Below are positions 31,601 to 38,614 of a stretch of DNA of 62,468 nucleotides, in pieces. Position 1 is the first letter of the stretch; every line of letters starts with the position of its first letter. Location of the stretch: positions 1 to 62,468 of IMG/VR virus record IMGVR_UViG_3300006802_000003, one strand, 5' to 3'. The notes under the pieces were generated by a model. The model made no database searches. It was not told the origin of the DNA and saw only the letters and a program-made list of their open reading frames with translations. Made by a program: the position numbers and the translations under genes. Source of the stretch: a virus (taxonomy: Duplodnaviria; Caudoviricetes).

Positions 31601-34600
31601 ATTGCAACGGCTGGCCGACGACAAGGGCGTTGCCGTCGATGAGCTCGATGATGCGGACGAGGAAGCTGCATTCGATGCTGCACGGCAACAGGCCTACGAC
31701 CACGCATCGGAAATGGCGAGTCAGAGGGCCAACGGCACCTATACCGGCTTCGCTGGGGATCAAGACTTCGAGGTTACGCAAGACGCGGACACCGGCGAAA
31801 TGATGCTCTACATGACCATCGAAGGAGTTCACTATTCCGAAAGCCTTCGCCGGTTTGCCGACAGTGCTGAAATCAAGCAGGCCGTCAGGGAAATGTACTC
31901 CGAGCATTACCGCCGCAATGATGAGGATTACAAGGAGACACTGCATGCCGAGCACACGGAGCCCGGCGGCGAGGACTATACGGAACTGACACTCACGCTT
32001 CCCTACGACACCGTAAAGATTCCGCAATGGGCGGTCACCGTCGCCACTGCAACACCCGGCGTCAGGCGTGTAATTTCTCGCTATACGGATCGCCAGAACG
32101 CGGAATGGTGGATCAAGGAAAACAAGCCAGATGATGCCGAAGTTGAATTGCAGTGGGTAAACCGCACCCACCTGGTCGAAGATCACTGGCCGGATGAAGA
32201 GAATGTCATTGCCCACCTGCGCTTCAAGACCCGCTATATCGATGGCAAAAAGGTCATGGCCATTGAGGAGGTTCAGGGTGATCTAGGCCAAGAGCTACGC
32301 GACAAGAAAAAGGAATTGGCTCGCCTCGAAGGCAATCCGGCTGTCAACAAGGACTACCTGGCTGTCAACAAGCGCGACATCGACTTCCTTGAGAAATTCC
32401 CGTTTACCCCGTCCGAGGAATGGAGCGCGCTTGCGATCCGCCGGGCGCTGCGCTGGGCCGTGGACAATGGCTTCGATCGTGTCGCATGGACGCCGGGCGT
32501 TGTCCAGGCGAAGCGGTGGAAAGCGGATCACTACATTAACGCTTTCACCGTGCTCAACCGCAGTGAATATGCCGGCACACCCACCTTCCAGCTCACCCTT
32601 GAAGCCGACACCGGCCTGCACATCCTAGAATTTGATGATCGACAGACCATCATTTCTGCCAAGGGCTGGGTGATGTCCAAGAACCTTGGAAAAAACCTCA
32701 AGGAAGTGTTTGGTGAGCAGATGGCCGCCGACATTGTGGCCGCCATCAAGCCGAAGGATGGCACCGGCTTCAAGCAGTACAAAGAACCGATCCGCTGGGG
32801 CGGCGAAGGTCATCGCTTCTATTACGACACCCTGCTGCCAAAGCTGGTTGGCAAGATCGCCAAGCCGTTTGGAGCGAAAGTTGAAGCCTTGCAAATGGCC
32901 GACCTTCCAACGCCGGTTACTGATGCGGACGTGATCGCTTATCACGATATGAGCGTAGAGTTTTGGCGCTCCCTCACGACGCGACAGAAAATGGACTTGT
33001 CCAATGAGGCAATGAAAGGCAACGCTGGCGGCTACCAAAAATGGTGGTCGCTCGACGTAAACGACGCCATGCGCCAGGAAGTCAGCCAGGGCATTCCTCT
33101 TTGGCAGAAGAAATACCTAAAGGCCGCCAATCCAAACGAAGGGCGCCGCCTGACGACACGCGAGCAGGTGCGCATCAAGGAAATGGTGGACGAAGTGGCC
33201 CAGCGCGTCCTTGGTCGGTCATTGCGCGGCGTGAAGCTGTTCACGCGCCTCTATGACGAGGCCAATAGCGGCGCTTACGAGCACGGCACCGGCGTAATCA
33301 AGCTGGCGCTGGAAGGTTGGCTGAACCCGTTGGTGGGCATTCGCCACGAATCGATCCACGCTTTGCTGCGCACTGGCGTCATTTCCAAGCCTGAATTTGG
33401 CGTCCTTCGCCGCAACGCCGCCCGCTGGCGCCGGGACTACAGTATCGAGGAACGCTATCGCGACTTCTTTGAGGAGAATTACCCGCAAGACATGCCTGGC
33501 CGCAATGCTGCGATTGAGCTATCGATGGACGAGGAAGCCATTGCCGAAGCGTTTGCGCGTCATTGGATGCTGCAAGAAGAGCGCGGCATCATCGCTCGCA
33601 TCTTCAACAAGATGAAGAATTTCCTGGAAGCCTTGCGCAACGGGCTAACTGGGCTGGGCTACGAATCGGCGGAACAGATATTTAGCCGCATCGAGGAGGG
33701 CGAGGTTGGCGAGCGCACCCCACGCATTCCCCGCAGCGTTAGCGCGCCCACCACGCACCTGTACGCTTCGGGCAAGCCGGCGCCTGCACGGTCTATCGAA
33801 ATGGGCGATACGCCGAGCATTACGCTGGCGAAACCGCCCAGGCTATTCGCCAAAGACCCTCGCTTCAACTTTGAAGAGGGGGCCGATGGCAAGCCGCAGT
33901 CAATGATTCCCGGCTCCGAATCTATGACTAAGGCGCAGCTCGACATTATCAAATCGCGTGAAGCCAAGCGCCGTGCCGAGTTGACATATAAATCAACTCT
34001 CAAGCCAACGGTCGAGCAGGAAAAGATTGGCGGCCTGTTTGAGCAGGTGGAGAAAGACGACGATCCACAAGGCTCACTGTTCGTTCGCAACGTGTTGCAA
34101 GGCAGCCATGCCGTGTCGATTCCGCAGCGCACCAGGCGCATGCTCCAGCACCTTCGCCAAGGCGCCAGCGAATACACGGTTCTATGGCGTCGCCGCATGC
34201 AGGACAGGTTCATTGACTGGAAAAACCTGGAGCGCAAGATGGCGCTGCCAGAATATCTGTCCGTATATCGCGCGGAAGAGCTCTATTATGGCAAGGTCGG
34301 CGGGCGCATGGATGATATGCGCTGGACTCACTTCGAGCCCATCATGCGCGCGATTCGCGACAAGAAAATCAAGGTGGACGAGTTCAACAAGTTCCTGATG
34401 GCCATGCATGCCAAGGAGCGCAACGACTTCATCGCCACGCGCAACCCGAAAATGCCGGATGCCGGTTCTGGTATCGCTACCCAAGACGCACTGGACTACC
34501 TCAACATGCTCCGTCGTCATGGCAAACTGCGCGACATGATGGATGTGGGCCGCATGGTATGGGCCATGAACCAGGCTGCGCTTGATGAGCGACTGGCGGA

Positions 34601-36806
34601 CGGCTTGATTAGCGCCCAGCTCCATAATGACCTTTCTACACGGTGGAATTATTACGTTCCGCTGCGCGGATGGGCCGTTGACCTCGATCCAGACGCTGAT
34701 CCCGAATTGCCGCGTGTAGGCAAGGGATTTTCGGTAATGGGCAAGGAATGGAAGGCCGCCCTTGGCCGCGAGTCCGTGGCTGACGATCCGCTTGCCTATT
34801 CCTTCACGCAAATGCAGGAGGCAATTGTTCGCGGCGAAAAGAACCGCGTCTCGACCACGTTCCTACGTCTAATGCGCCGTTATCCCGCGCCCGACACATG
34901 GGAAGAGATTAAGGGCCACATGCGCCGTCACCTGGACAAGAAAACCGGCACGGTAAAGGAGATTTGGGAACCGGAAACCGGCTACGATAAGGATGTGCTG
35001 ACGATCAAGGTCAATGGCAAGCCGGTCTATGTAAAGATCAAGGACAAGAATCTGCGCAAGTCGATGCTTGAAATGGGATCGACCGACATGGGGTGGGTGC
35101 AACGGCACCTTCACAAGCTGAATAGGTTCCTGGCCGCGGTCAATACATCGCACAACCCCGAGTTCATTCTCACCAACCTCGCTCGCGACATTCAGACCGC
35201 AGCAATCAACGTGACCCAGGCCGACATCAAGGGGCTGGAAAAGGCGATGCTCATGGACATGCCCAAGGCCTTCAAGGGTGCCTTGCGCGGATCGCGCGGC
35301 GACTTCTCAACGCAATGGGCGCAGCACTACAAGGAGTTCAACGAGGACGGCGGCAAGATTGCGTTTTTCGCCATTGACGACATCGAGGCCCAAAAGAAAA
35401 AGATGGTGGCCGAAATGCATCGGATCGCTCCCGGCAATCCGGCGCGAGCCGCCTTCAACTATGTGATGAAGTTGGACGGCATCATTCAAGATTACAATAT
35501 GGCGGTCGAAAACACGCTCCGCCTGTCCGCTTATGTGAATGCCCGCCGTCTTGGCGCCAGCCGGTCCAGGGCCGCCAGCCTGGCCCGCAACCTGACCGTC
35601 AACTTCAACAAGCGCGGTGAGTGGGGAACCGCGATGAATGCCTGGTACTTGTTCTATAACGCTGGCATTCAGGGCTCGTTCCGGATGCTGCAGGCTCTTC
35701 GCTATAGCCGTAAGGCGCAAATCGCCGCCGGCATACTGGTGGCAAGCGGCATGTTGCTCGACATTTTCAATCGCTGGATAGGTTCTGATGATGATGAGGA
35801 GGAAATGCCGAACAGGTACGACCAGATTCCGGCATGGGAGAAAGAGCGCAACTGGATTCTGATGGTCCCTGGCGCGGACAACGGACACTACATCAAGATT
35901 CCTATGCCTTGGGGCTACAACACGTTCCATGTTCTCGGTCAACAGATTGGTCGGCTCATGCCGGTACTGGGTGATCCAAAGGCAGAGGTTTCCGACGCCC
36001 TGAACACCATTCTTGTCACGTCGATGAACGCCTTTAACCCAGTCGGCGGGTCGGATCGCATCACCCGCATGCTCTCGCCAACCATTGGCGATCCGTTCTT
36101 TGACATTGGCGAAAACCTGACCTGGTTCGACTCGCCGCTAATGCCTGACTATGGCAACGGCGACAAGCGTCCGGACTCGCAAAAGGCTTGGAACAGCACC
36201 CCGCAAAAGTGGAAAGACCTTGCGACGTTCCTCAATGAACAAACAGGCGGCAATCAGTGGCGGCCTGGAGGGATCGATGTTTCACCTGAAACGCTGCAGT
36301 ATTGGTATGAGTTTGCAACCGGCGGAGCGGGCGCGTTCGCCAATCGCACGGCCAACTTTGCCGAGCGCATGGCCGCCGGGCAATGGGACAAGATTGAAAT
36401 GTTCCAGGTTCCGTTTGCGCGGCGCTTCTATGGCACACCTAACGACCGGCAGTTAGCAAACGACTTCTACAACCTTCTGGACGAGGCGCGCATCGTTGAG
36501 AAGGAAATCAAGGGCTTTCATGCCGAAGGGAAGCACGAACTGGCCAAGGAAATTGCCAGTACGCCAGCCGGGGCGACCTACAAGCGCATCAAAAAAGCCC
36601 ACAACACCATTGCGCAACTGAAATCGCGCATGAAGGAAATACAGGGCAATGGCAGCTTGACCGAGGAACAAAAGGACGAACGGCTCAAGCCCTACGTCGA
36701 TAAGGTCGAGCACAACATGCGCAATGCCGTCAAGGCCTACTACAATGCGGCCAAAGAAGCGTCAGGAGACACGCTCACGGACAATCTGCTGGACGTGTTC
36801 AGATGA
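19647..36806 (+). CDS. Giant polyvalent (DarB-like) virion/ejection protein, 5719 aa
   Basis: Domains in order: InPase-like (DYG..DGDQIDV..DEHK, ~22075-22490); C5-MTase (LSLFD..PC..ENP, ~23790-24465); TGT-like (DSGAF, ~26580-27330); SF2 helicase (GTGTGKT, DEAH, SAT, QQEGRIYR, ~28190-29950); N6-MTase (LEPSAG, NPPF, ~30100-30610); zincin (HESIH, ~33345); LPD38-like C-terminus. Confidence 0.9.
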   Translation: MAEKVLMPWERDWSNFQAEPTTPDETQAAPAEDQGDMPWQRDWSNYKFIDDRLPGMEKGDKPEPPTRTIQEKAAEKAGISTSGRPVWQTPEGEQYSEKTVTFPLDDEGKSWATFPSVDASGKEMSEDKVKQYVLQNGLIDPITGEKFPTFNSREEALAYAKERSATRLKGEPWMEAPEVSPFNPPAPSAPGEAPTTAERVSNFGEGVVRGGIDTTGLAAKGLATLGMVKDIEGVTGLFKSLDSAKDWTPQQRKDFRWAVRNQLTESPGLGMAMIDAADKMRRGEIKSIQDDPELVKKFQAAIQDPRERQAFALGEWLKAYGQENFGGDPRLQEAWDTKIAQGFGSTLPFLALGLMPGGQVLGPMAGTFMGRGEALENALDAQRQGKKVDRQQLLDAVGWGTIPGASESIPIENLLGRLPGGKALEAMGAIGRIGMQVLVEGGQEAFQQFAQNVIQNYVYDPKKDLTEGILESAAIGGIVGGGMGAVTEGVKATGSAVLGKGDREEGPPEGDATISAEATATGQTSTGPVKTKEDAVPPGPRADQVLKDAGWTEEEIAGMAPQARARAVEEAIQTGVKPAPQPGPAPGTAPAAPPIQREQPTREPTSDIDAQLRDLKDPNNARTAVYLSPTTVQQAIDTGKLDAMKAAGVAIEDFDGKGGILIAENDQFAQMATQAKADGVPTDQIIGILTGSGQGKPEGGDTVVQQRDEQGNVTRETVTTADQAQQTAQAMQESGRGTTVLSPEQALDEREARAAAEVPEPGKAPAAPPRVGSKDKPIDLDQVGKQFGGVFGAREDAREAVEEPKSDAQAEAGNYKHAHVSVNGFGIAMETPKGGRRTGTNEDGQRWAVKMPADYGRLKGTKGMDGDQIDVYLGENTQASTVYIINQRNLDGSPDEHKVMMGFDSEKEARDTYFKGFSDGSGQARLDSMVPMSLEEFQDWIDNGDHTKFVGPSDEATQVQRGEDNQGDVGASPVSPEPTPEGGEPRAQGSMESSDQVGGRGAGDRVQPDPEQLRAFRNYLVGPGSIADIDKLAKQLKMPRDVVAAMLQDAAKDGAVIATKSGSFRRAPKEKKPVDLIRFVAHIGGIADPDGDVSALTGGTNPLVPGKGKLIRAKGNRPDKVRELAVEAGYLPEGASIRDLYDAMDRNMRGDRVIRDEDAEWEQELQAQQEQDALNEEFPTDAEKDLVRKHGIGAARKLIAFQQETGLGVGGMSDEEVARAASYIDQGMDVDSAIERAAIEYADEGHINGYDDITEIPVDEIYPDTAPADGETIEADFGRDEGPEEEGQVQRPRQDVPRTSEKSEKLDNKAFDLSIKKAKEAGIIGDWETNTTMSPDKVFPKLTGKVVRAEDVAGDYLPPAEAKSRVKEWKDFAKAQGDTMQNSNRVILSLFDYTGNWSKPFVDAGFTVVQYDIELMKEDPEYAPGDERFGEILSRMPTADIIALRSAGYEIYGVMSACPCTTFASSGARWWESLHDVESREAVEKVFGEWVPQGFESPFEYNKALVAATEVIIEFANPTGFHVLENPVGRLGRATGLDKPQYRFDPNNFGDPYTKKTQLWGDFGTELPTANVEPTEGSLIHKKSGKDRSRSDTPLGFAYAFFMANNPDVRKPSRVVEDRSEMDPEKRAAREEYWGWPNPIDGKIVQRKDLLPAIEEQDADAWPPYRGDVPEFGKFDEEQELENGNKVAYSRLSSLKKDGQWRTHSIYKEMLPKGAPIWSKSASVVAKDKEAAEKLAYDILHGDVQPDLSGTATERLNQFMDWALEHRYDSYKGKRTGANPYNLEVHSWKDEPQTDLPDQVQFSWGGPKENEFEHQNKIKFVREGDTWAIDRFTLADKPLRKAEYKNRLNDVAEQILSLPGLVPGAMPQATDLFATEAGADGKGQTVMPGMEKISDKELAERKAKGKKKAAVAQKDMDEGLFGTDKDQVDIADVEQPSGLWSGDDDPRIPEGRKATAEVKKPVGYTEIFGHDLNLSPTFQPPKEHLVRITNETLIHYAKRYDVPWEGRTRGEVWADMQAKGAKNAGYGQIILTPHKAKAAVQLLQNAGYGEGAKISHQLFAKFKKVLFENLDLVRTEGESNSEKLGGNWTVGHLRQRKGNYSISWGAYGPDTVLLTSITDPENGVGYSGSTAGAARVKRAIEAFIEENKDRKGGPAPAPQEPAKPETEIPSQEPAPIADMGISIFFRDDGKLSRDVKQVIVEVGMHMNPNATADERKRVIVDGYFKSPRAAGFAFDSDQGAGIRVVDYNGKPSFVSARQVRDGTVRIREDKSPPPLPTQPEQDEDAFLDDIISQELGEQPAATPLAKIKSQLIAYASGMTRTKDFAAGAYAWGKEKNLGLGVDATELTTEAIKAIAERHVNMQTNLFVDSGAFGVFRRNMRAVTEYRKAAGDLFRQQGLPTPKLEKMDFDNVIARYEHLQLAIENENVAEDQDVPAPLFVAPDIVGDQQGSLDLLRQFAPSMRFIGKGQVVVPLQKGDMTLAEAYAKAKAIMGGKPFIAGIPSNAKAVSAEEFRQFVRESDATAFHFLGALSPKTLDPKLQVLADENVDITHVSADANLLRSALYGSAVAKELGRPDAIVKTLDEQRTIGQAAASAAKNIGEGLKDVGDAFNTLFNDPNKLKSGIGFDEETYARAKPIFKAGAAHFYEAGMDIAEVLQKLVRWLMAKDGGNQPPEAINRARPYLKQFVKDVRDGKEQIDVPDRQPDMEPGRGGEPAQDRLRETNVPAAAGPDGEGAGGGRGQTGETQEGGPGSGGGISGSNASPMGSRIDQRISRPEAGISDFNPTDTDTDGGVEGGQPRLPIDNGRPDSTSEFATDSPGIKDRQKAQAAAESIEVKDADLDNIRETLPMLYPKQQEDVYKIEQRFTKGAGMLITNGTGTGKTFSGLGVIKRFAKKGKGNILIVAPSDGILRAWITSGKLLGIDINKLDDTKSVGEGIVATTYANLANNETLADREWDLVVTDEAHNLSSNKDGAETANLSTFRAITRHPRAVVKRTQMLHRDLMEKIRKVKSDLEVARTADDQRWWAQIEGYERQLKEYWNQYQELQKAVEADMKAKPRPKALFLSATPFAHVFSVDYAEGYLFDYPADKPGGGYNSADGRNAFFVENFGFRMRYNKLTRPEAEVDSSVMERQFHEKLKKEGALSGRKLDVEHDYDRRFQTVNDKEGARIDEGFKWLRDQGKGFHAVADIYQKNFDYLSRMRLLEAMKAKAAIPYIQAHLDAGRKVMVFNNFNEGGGFTVFPKLISDDEVFWYDDNMKQQSAKLKDLYQAFEDANPWITKLDFSDYDAPRHTLRAAFGDRFGEYNGTVTAKKRAENLERFNKPESGLDVLGVQADAGGAGLSGHDTLGIAEGGRQRVLMNLGMPVRPVTAIQQEGRIYRDGQMSNAMFRYFTTGTTWERMAFAGSIAEKSETVENLGMGDMARSLRDSFVDAYEEAGDFQPGHEDEGVGGKERDAPITNNMSDFERAKTHYWAIQKNTSKRESRGEYYATPEPVGVKMVEWANIKGNERVLEPSAGHGAISRYIPANTSTTIIDTNEDLLSSAMLRTQHAKAIRSQFEGHNIVNKYDAVVMNPPFGQGGSLAIAHLEKAVKHLRNGGRVVALIPTGPAADAKFDKWWHNTDGSLGMVAEIKLPSVTFARAGTGVMTRIVVIEKQTDKEVGTPMGPRADLSGAQDINTLFDALDNITLPPRAEPLTKDIDAPAIGEFRIAGIDVNLQENVVGLAKGVKLSKEQFKHWARLGEAAQGTYLKSLRGWMFDNQEMRDAFLASVEKNPEPAIMAEPAPATLDFEKKKAWHAVKQRDTFVAVPNQRISTDDYARVKRVAQANGGYWSKYAQNGAIPGWQFESEAARDKFIDEIKAARPKDLGARTEVPLWYSRLARFVQTIPMAKGTPDQFAAMIQKGPLKPSEIAWSGVIEWLETEKNLGRQVERDRLLEWLNDNQIAIDENVRQGGSPLAEEFWVSDFEREEPGQEYVDDIAQDYLPDELQRLADDKGVAVDELDDADEEAAFDAARQQAYDHASEMASQRANGTYTGFAGDQDFEVTQDADTGEMMLYMTIEGVHYSESLRRFADSAEIKQAVREMYSEHYRRNDEDYKETLHAEHTEPGGEDYTELTLTLPYDTVKIPQWAVTVATATPGVRRVISRYTDRQNAEWWIKENKPDDAEVELQWVNRTHLVEDHWPDEENVIAHLRFKTRYIDGKKVMAIEEVQGDLGQELRDKKKELARLEGNPAVNKDYLAVNKRDIDFLEKFPFTPSEEWSALAIRRALRWAVDNGFDRVAWTPGVVQAKRWKADHYINAFTVLNRSEYAGTPTFQLTLEADTGLHILEFDDRQTIISAKGWVMSKNLGKNLKEVFGEQMAADIVAAIKPKDGTGFKQYKEPIRWGGEGHRFYYDTLLPKLVGKIAKPFGAKVEALQMADLPTPVTDADVIAYHDMSVEFWRSLTTRQKMDLSNEAMKGNAGGYQKWWSLDVNDAMRQEVSQGIPLWQKKYLKAANPNEGRRLTTREQVRIKEMVDEVAQRVLGRSLRGVKLFTRLYDEANSGAYEHGTGVIKLALEGWLNPLVGIRHESIHALLRTGVISKPEFGVLRRNAARWRRDYSIEERYRDFFEENYPQDMPGRNAAIELSMDEEAIAEAFARHWMLQEERGIIARIFNKMKNFLEALRNGLTGLGYESAEQIFSRIEEGEVGERTPRIPRSVSAPTTHLYASGKPAPARSIEMGDTPSITLAKPPRLFAKDPRFNFEEGADGKPQSMIPGSESMTKAQLDIIKSREAKRRAELTYKSTLKPTVEQEKIGGLFEQVEKDDDPQGSLFVRNVLQGSHAVSIPQRTRRMLQHLRQGASEYTVLWRRRMQDRFIDWKNLERKMALPEYLSVYRAEELYYGKVGGRMDDMRWTHFEPIMRAIRDKKIKVDEFNKFLMAMHAKERNDFIATRNPKMPDAGSGIATQDALDYLNMLRRHGKLRDMMDVGRMVWAMNQAALDERLADGLISAQLHNDLSTRWNYYVPLRGWAVDLDPDADPELPRVGKGFSVMGKEWKAALGRESVADDPLAYSFTQMQEAIVRGEKNRVSTTFLRLMRRYPAPDTWEEIKGHMRRHLDKKTGTVKEIWEPETGYDKDVLTIKVNGKPVYVKIKDKNLRKSMLEMGSTDMGWVQRHLHKLNRFLAAVNTSHNPEFILTNLARDIQTAAINVTQADIKGLEKAMLMDMPKAFKGALRGSRGDFSTQWAQHYKEFNEDGGKIAFFAIDDIEAQKKKMVAEMHRIAPGNPARAAFNYVMKLDGIIQDYNMAVENTLRLSAYVNARRLGASRSRAASLARNLTVNFNKRGEWGTAMNAWYLFYNAGIQGSFRMLQALRYSRKAQIAAGILVASGMLLDIFNRWIGSDDDEEEMPNRYDQIPAWEKERNWILMVPGADNGHYIKIPMPWGYNTFHVLGQQIGRLMPVLGDPKAEVSDALNTILVTSMNAFNPVGGSDRITRMLSPTIGDPFFDIGENLTWFDSPLMPDYGNGDKRPDSQKAWNSTPQKWKDLATFLNEQTGGNQWRPGGIDVSPETLQYWYEFATGGAGAFANRTANFAERMAAGQWDKIEMFQVPFARRFYGTPNDRQLANDFYNLLDEARIVEKEIKGFHAEGKHELAKEIASTPAGATYKRIKKAHNTIAQLKSRMKEIQGNGSLTEEQKDERLKPYVDKVEHNMRNAVKAYYNAAKEASGDTLTDNLLDVFR
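22507..22686 (+). CDS. Overprinted small ORF A (+1 frame, 59 aa)
   Basis: AGGA SD; MKQHKCREARIIRAMW...TAFSLIRNN; spans a disordered linker of the giant gene. Confidence 0.5.
   Translation: MKQHKCREARIIRAMWVHRRYLQSQHRKAVSPEHKEVWKVAIRSADVALATAFSLIRNN
23422..23565 (+). CDS. Overprinted small basic ORF B (+1 frame, 47 aa)
   Basis: GGAG SD; MKFTRTQHLQMAKRSK...LAKTFRALAKRAKN. Confidence 0.45.
   Translation: MKFTRTQHLQMAKRSKQISAGTKDQKKKAKYNGLAKTFRALAKRAKN
27739..28107 (+). CDS. Overprinted ORF C (+1 frame, 122 aa)
   Basis: AAGGAG SD 7 nt upstream; globular helical sequence MYQIDSQIWNQV...; the host frame here is G/P/D/E low-complexity. Confidence 0.7.
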   Translation: MYQIDSQIWNQVAEASPLKTGFAKRMFPLPQDQMEKELEAEEARLVKLKRVDPVVVAAYLAVMPLLWEAESISAFLDQRPGLATSIQPIPTLTEALRAASQDYPLTTADQTALRNLLQIAPE

Positions 36807-36925
36807 GCGACAAGATGGTGTTGGTAATCATCATCAGTGCCATCCTCTCAATCGTCTTTGACCTACAGCCCTCGATAGATCAGGGCTTGCGAATCCCCGA
36901 TGGACCTATGGAGGAATGGAAATGA
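36803..36925 (+). CDS. 40-aa membrane peptide (possible holin or lysis regulator)
   Basis: MSDKMVLVIIISAILSIVFDL...; ATGA overlaps with both the giant gene and the endolysin. Confidence 0.5.
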   Translation: MSDKMVLVIIISAILSIVFDLQPSIDQGLRIPDGPMEEWK

Positions 36926-38148
36926 CCGAGTTCCAGGCAGGCGCCGCCTTGCAGCGCACCAAGGGCGCCGTTGAGCGCGCCGCAGCGATGGTGCCATGCC
37001 ACCCGGCGATGATTGCTGCATTCATCGATGTGGAGGCTGGCGGGACCGGCTATTACGCCAACAACATGCTCAAGGTGCTGCCAGAGCCTCACTGGCTTTA
37101 CCGCCTGCTGCCAACCGGCCAGCGCAACAAGGCGCTAATGCTGGGACTGGCAATCAAGAGCTGGTCGCGATCCACCTACAGGCGCATGTTTCCAACCGCG
37201 ATGTCGCGCTACGATTACCTGAATGACGTGGCTAGTCGCTGGGGCAAGGAAATCGCCGTTGACACGGCGTCCTGGGGCGCCGGGCAGGTCATGGGCTTCA
37301 ATGCGGAGAAGTGCGGCTATGGCTCCGCCGTTGAAATGTATGATGCATTCGCCGGGTCGGAAGATGAGCAAATCATTGCAATCGTCAAGTACCTGATCCG
37401 CTCCGGTGGACGTGACGAGTTGCAGCGCGAGGACTGCCAAGGCTTGGCGAGGATCTACAATGGATCTGGACAAGTGGCCATCTATGCGCCGCGCCTTGAA
37501 GAGGCCTTGAAGCGCCGCAAACGTCAAAAGTGGCAAAAAACACCTAATTCGCGTTTGCCTGCCAAGCGAGACAAAGATTGGATAGGCATGGGCGACAGCG
37601 GCGCCCAGGTCAAAGTCCTGCAGGAGCAGCTAGTCGCGCTGGGTTACTTTGTCGAAGTGGACGGCGACTTCGGGCCAGCGACCAGGAGGGCGGTGCGCAA
37701 CTTCCAGCATGACCGCGGGCTAAAGGTCGATGGATACGCTGGATCGGACACTATGGCCGAGCTCATTCGCGCCAAGCCGGTCCCTGCGGTCTATCAAGGC
37801 AATCCAACCGAGCGCGAGGAGGCGACCGGCGACGATCTGCTGGCCAAGGGATCGAGCACGGTGCGTCGCGCCCGGCAGGGAAAACTTACCAATGTCGTCA
37901 CTGGGAGTCTAGCTGGGGCAGGCGCTATAGGGAGCGTTATCGAGGCTGGCGAGACGGCACAAAGTAACGCAGAGCGCGCCGGCGGATTGTTGGAGTGGAT
38001 TCTACCAAACAGCCTGTCAGGCTATGTGGTTTGGATCATGGCCGTGGTCGCAGGGCTGTCCATCATCGGCTGGATCGTCAACAACAAGATCGAGCGCCGC
38101 CGCGTGGAAGAACACAGGCGGGGCAAAAACCTATCGATTGGAGGGTAG
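36922..38148 (+). CDS. Endolysin: N-acetylmuramidase (DUF3380-like) + peptidoglycan-binding domain + C-terminal TM
   Basis: VEAGG, EPH, SWGAGQVMGFN and YNG motifs; LQEQL..GY..VDGDFGPAT..FQ..GLKVDG. Confidence 0.88.
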   Translation: MTEFQAGAALQRTKGAVERAAAMVPCHPAMIAAFIDVEAGGTGYYANNMLKVLPEPHWLYRLLPTGQRNKALMLGLAIKSWSRSTYRRMFPTAMSRYDYLNDVASRWGKEIAVDTASWGAGQVMGFNAEKCGYGSAVEMYDAFAGSEDEQIIAIVKYLIRSGGRDELQREDCQGLARIYNGSGQVAIYAPRLEEALKRRKRQKWQKTPNSRLPAKRDKDWIGMGDSGAQVKVLQEQLVALGYFVEVDGDFGPATRRAVRNFQHDRGLKVDGYAGSDTMAELIRAKPVPAVYQGNPTEREEATGDDLLAKGSSTVRRARQGKLTNVVTGSLAGAGAIGSVIEAGETAQSNAERAGGLLEWILPNSLSGYVVWIMAVVAGLSIIGWIVNNKIERRRVEEHRRGKNLSIGG

Positions 38149-38150
38149 CT

Positions 38151-38417
38151 ATGCTTCAAATCATATCGTGGGCGAAGAGCCTCGTGCTCGGATCGATGTC
38201 CAAAATCTATATCTACGCCGGGATTGCGGTGGCCGGGATCATTGCCGTTGCCTCGATCTTGGCAGGCGCCCGCAAGGCTGGCCGGGATGCTGAACGTGCT
38301 CGCCAAGCCAAGGCTCGCCTGGAAGCCATAGCGCACAAGAACAAGCTGGATCGCGAAATAGATGCTTTGGATGATGATCGACTGATGGAAAGGGCAAAGC
38401 GATGGGCAAGGGACTAA
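38151..38417 (+). CDS. Inner spanin-like protein
   Basis: N-terminal TM followed by a helical periplasmic part; follows the endolysin. Confidence 0.65.
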   Translation: MLQIISWAKSLVLGSMSKIYIYAGIAVAGIIAVASILAGARKAGRDAERARQAKARLEAIAHKNKLDREIDALDDDRLMERAKRWARD

Positions 38418-38614
38418 TGCTTTTGGTGGCCATGCTGACATTGGCCGGATGCGATGCGTGGAAGCAGGCCTATGGCGACTTCTGCGACGTGGCAGAGCCT
38501 CATTTTCACACCACTGCAGCCCTCAAGGCTATGAAGCCGAAACAGGTTGCAACGGAGGTCAAGCACAATGAATACGGTGAAGCAAAGTGCGGATGGAAAG
38601 CCAACAGTAATTGA
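38402..38614 (+). CDS. Outer spanin-like lipoprotein
   Basis: Lipobox LAGC; overlaps the end of the i-spanin gene. Confidence 0.65.
   Translation: MGKGLMLLVAMLTLAGCDAWKQAYGDFCDVAEPHFHTTAALKAMKPKQVATEVKHNEYGEAKCGWKANSN

Noticed and set aside
30654-32216. 520-aa antisense ORF and other long - strand ORFs within the giant gene
   Set aside because: These are shadow ORFs from GC-rich codon bias, with no SD or recognisable motifs.
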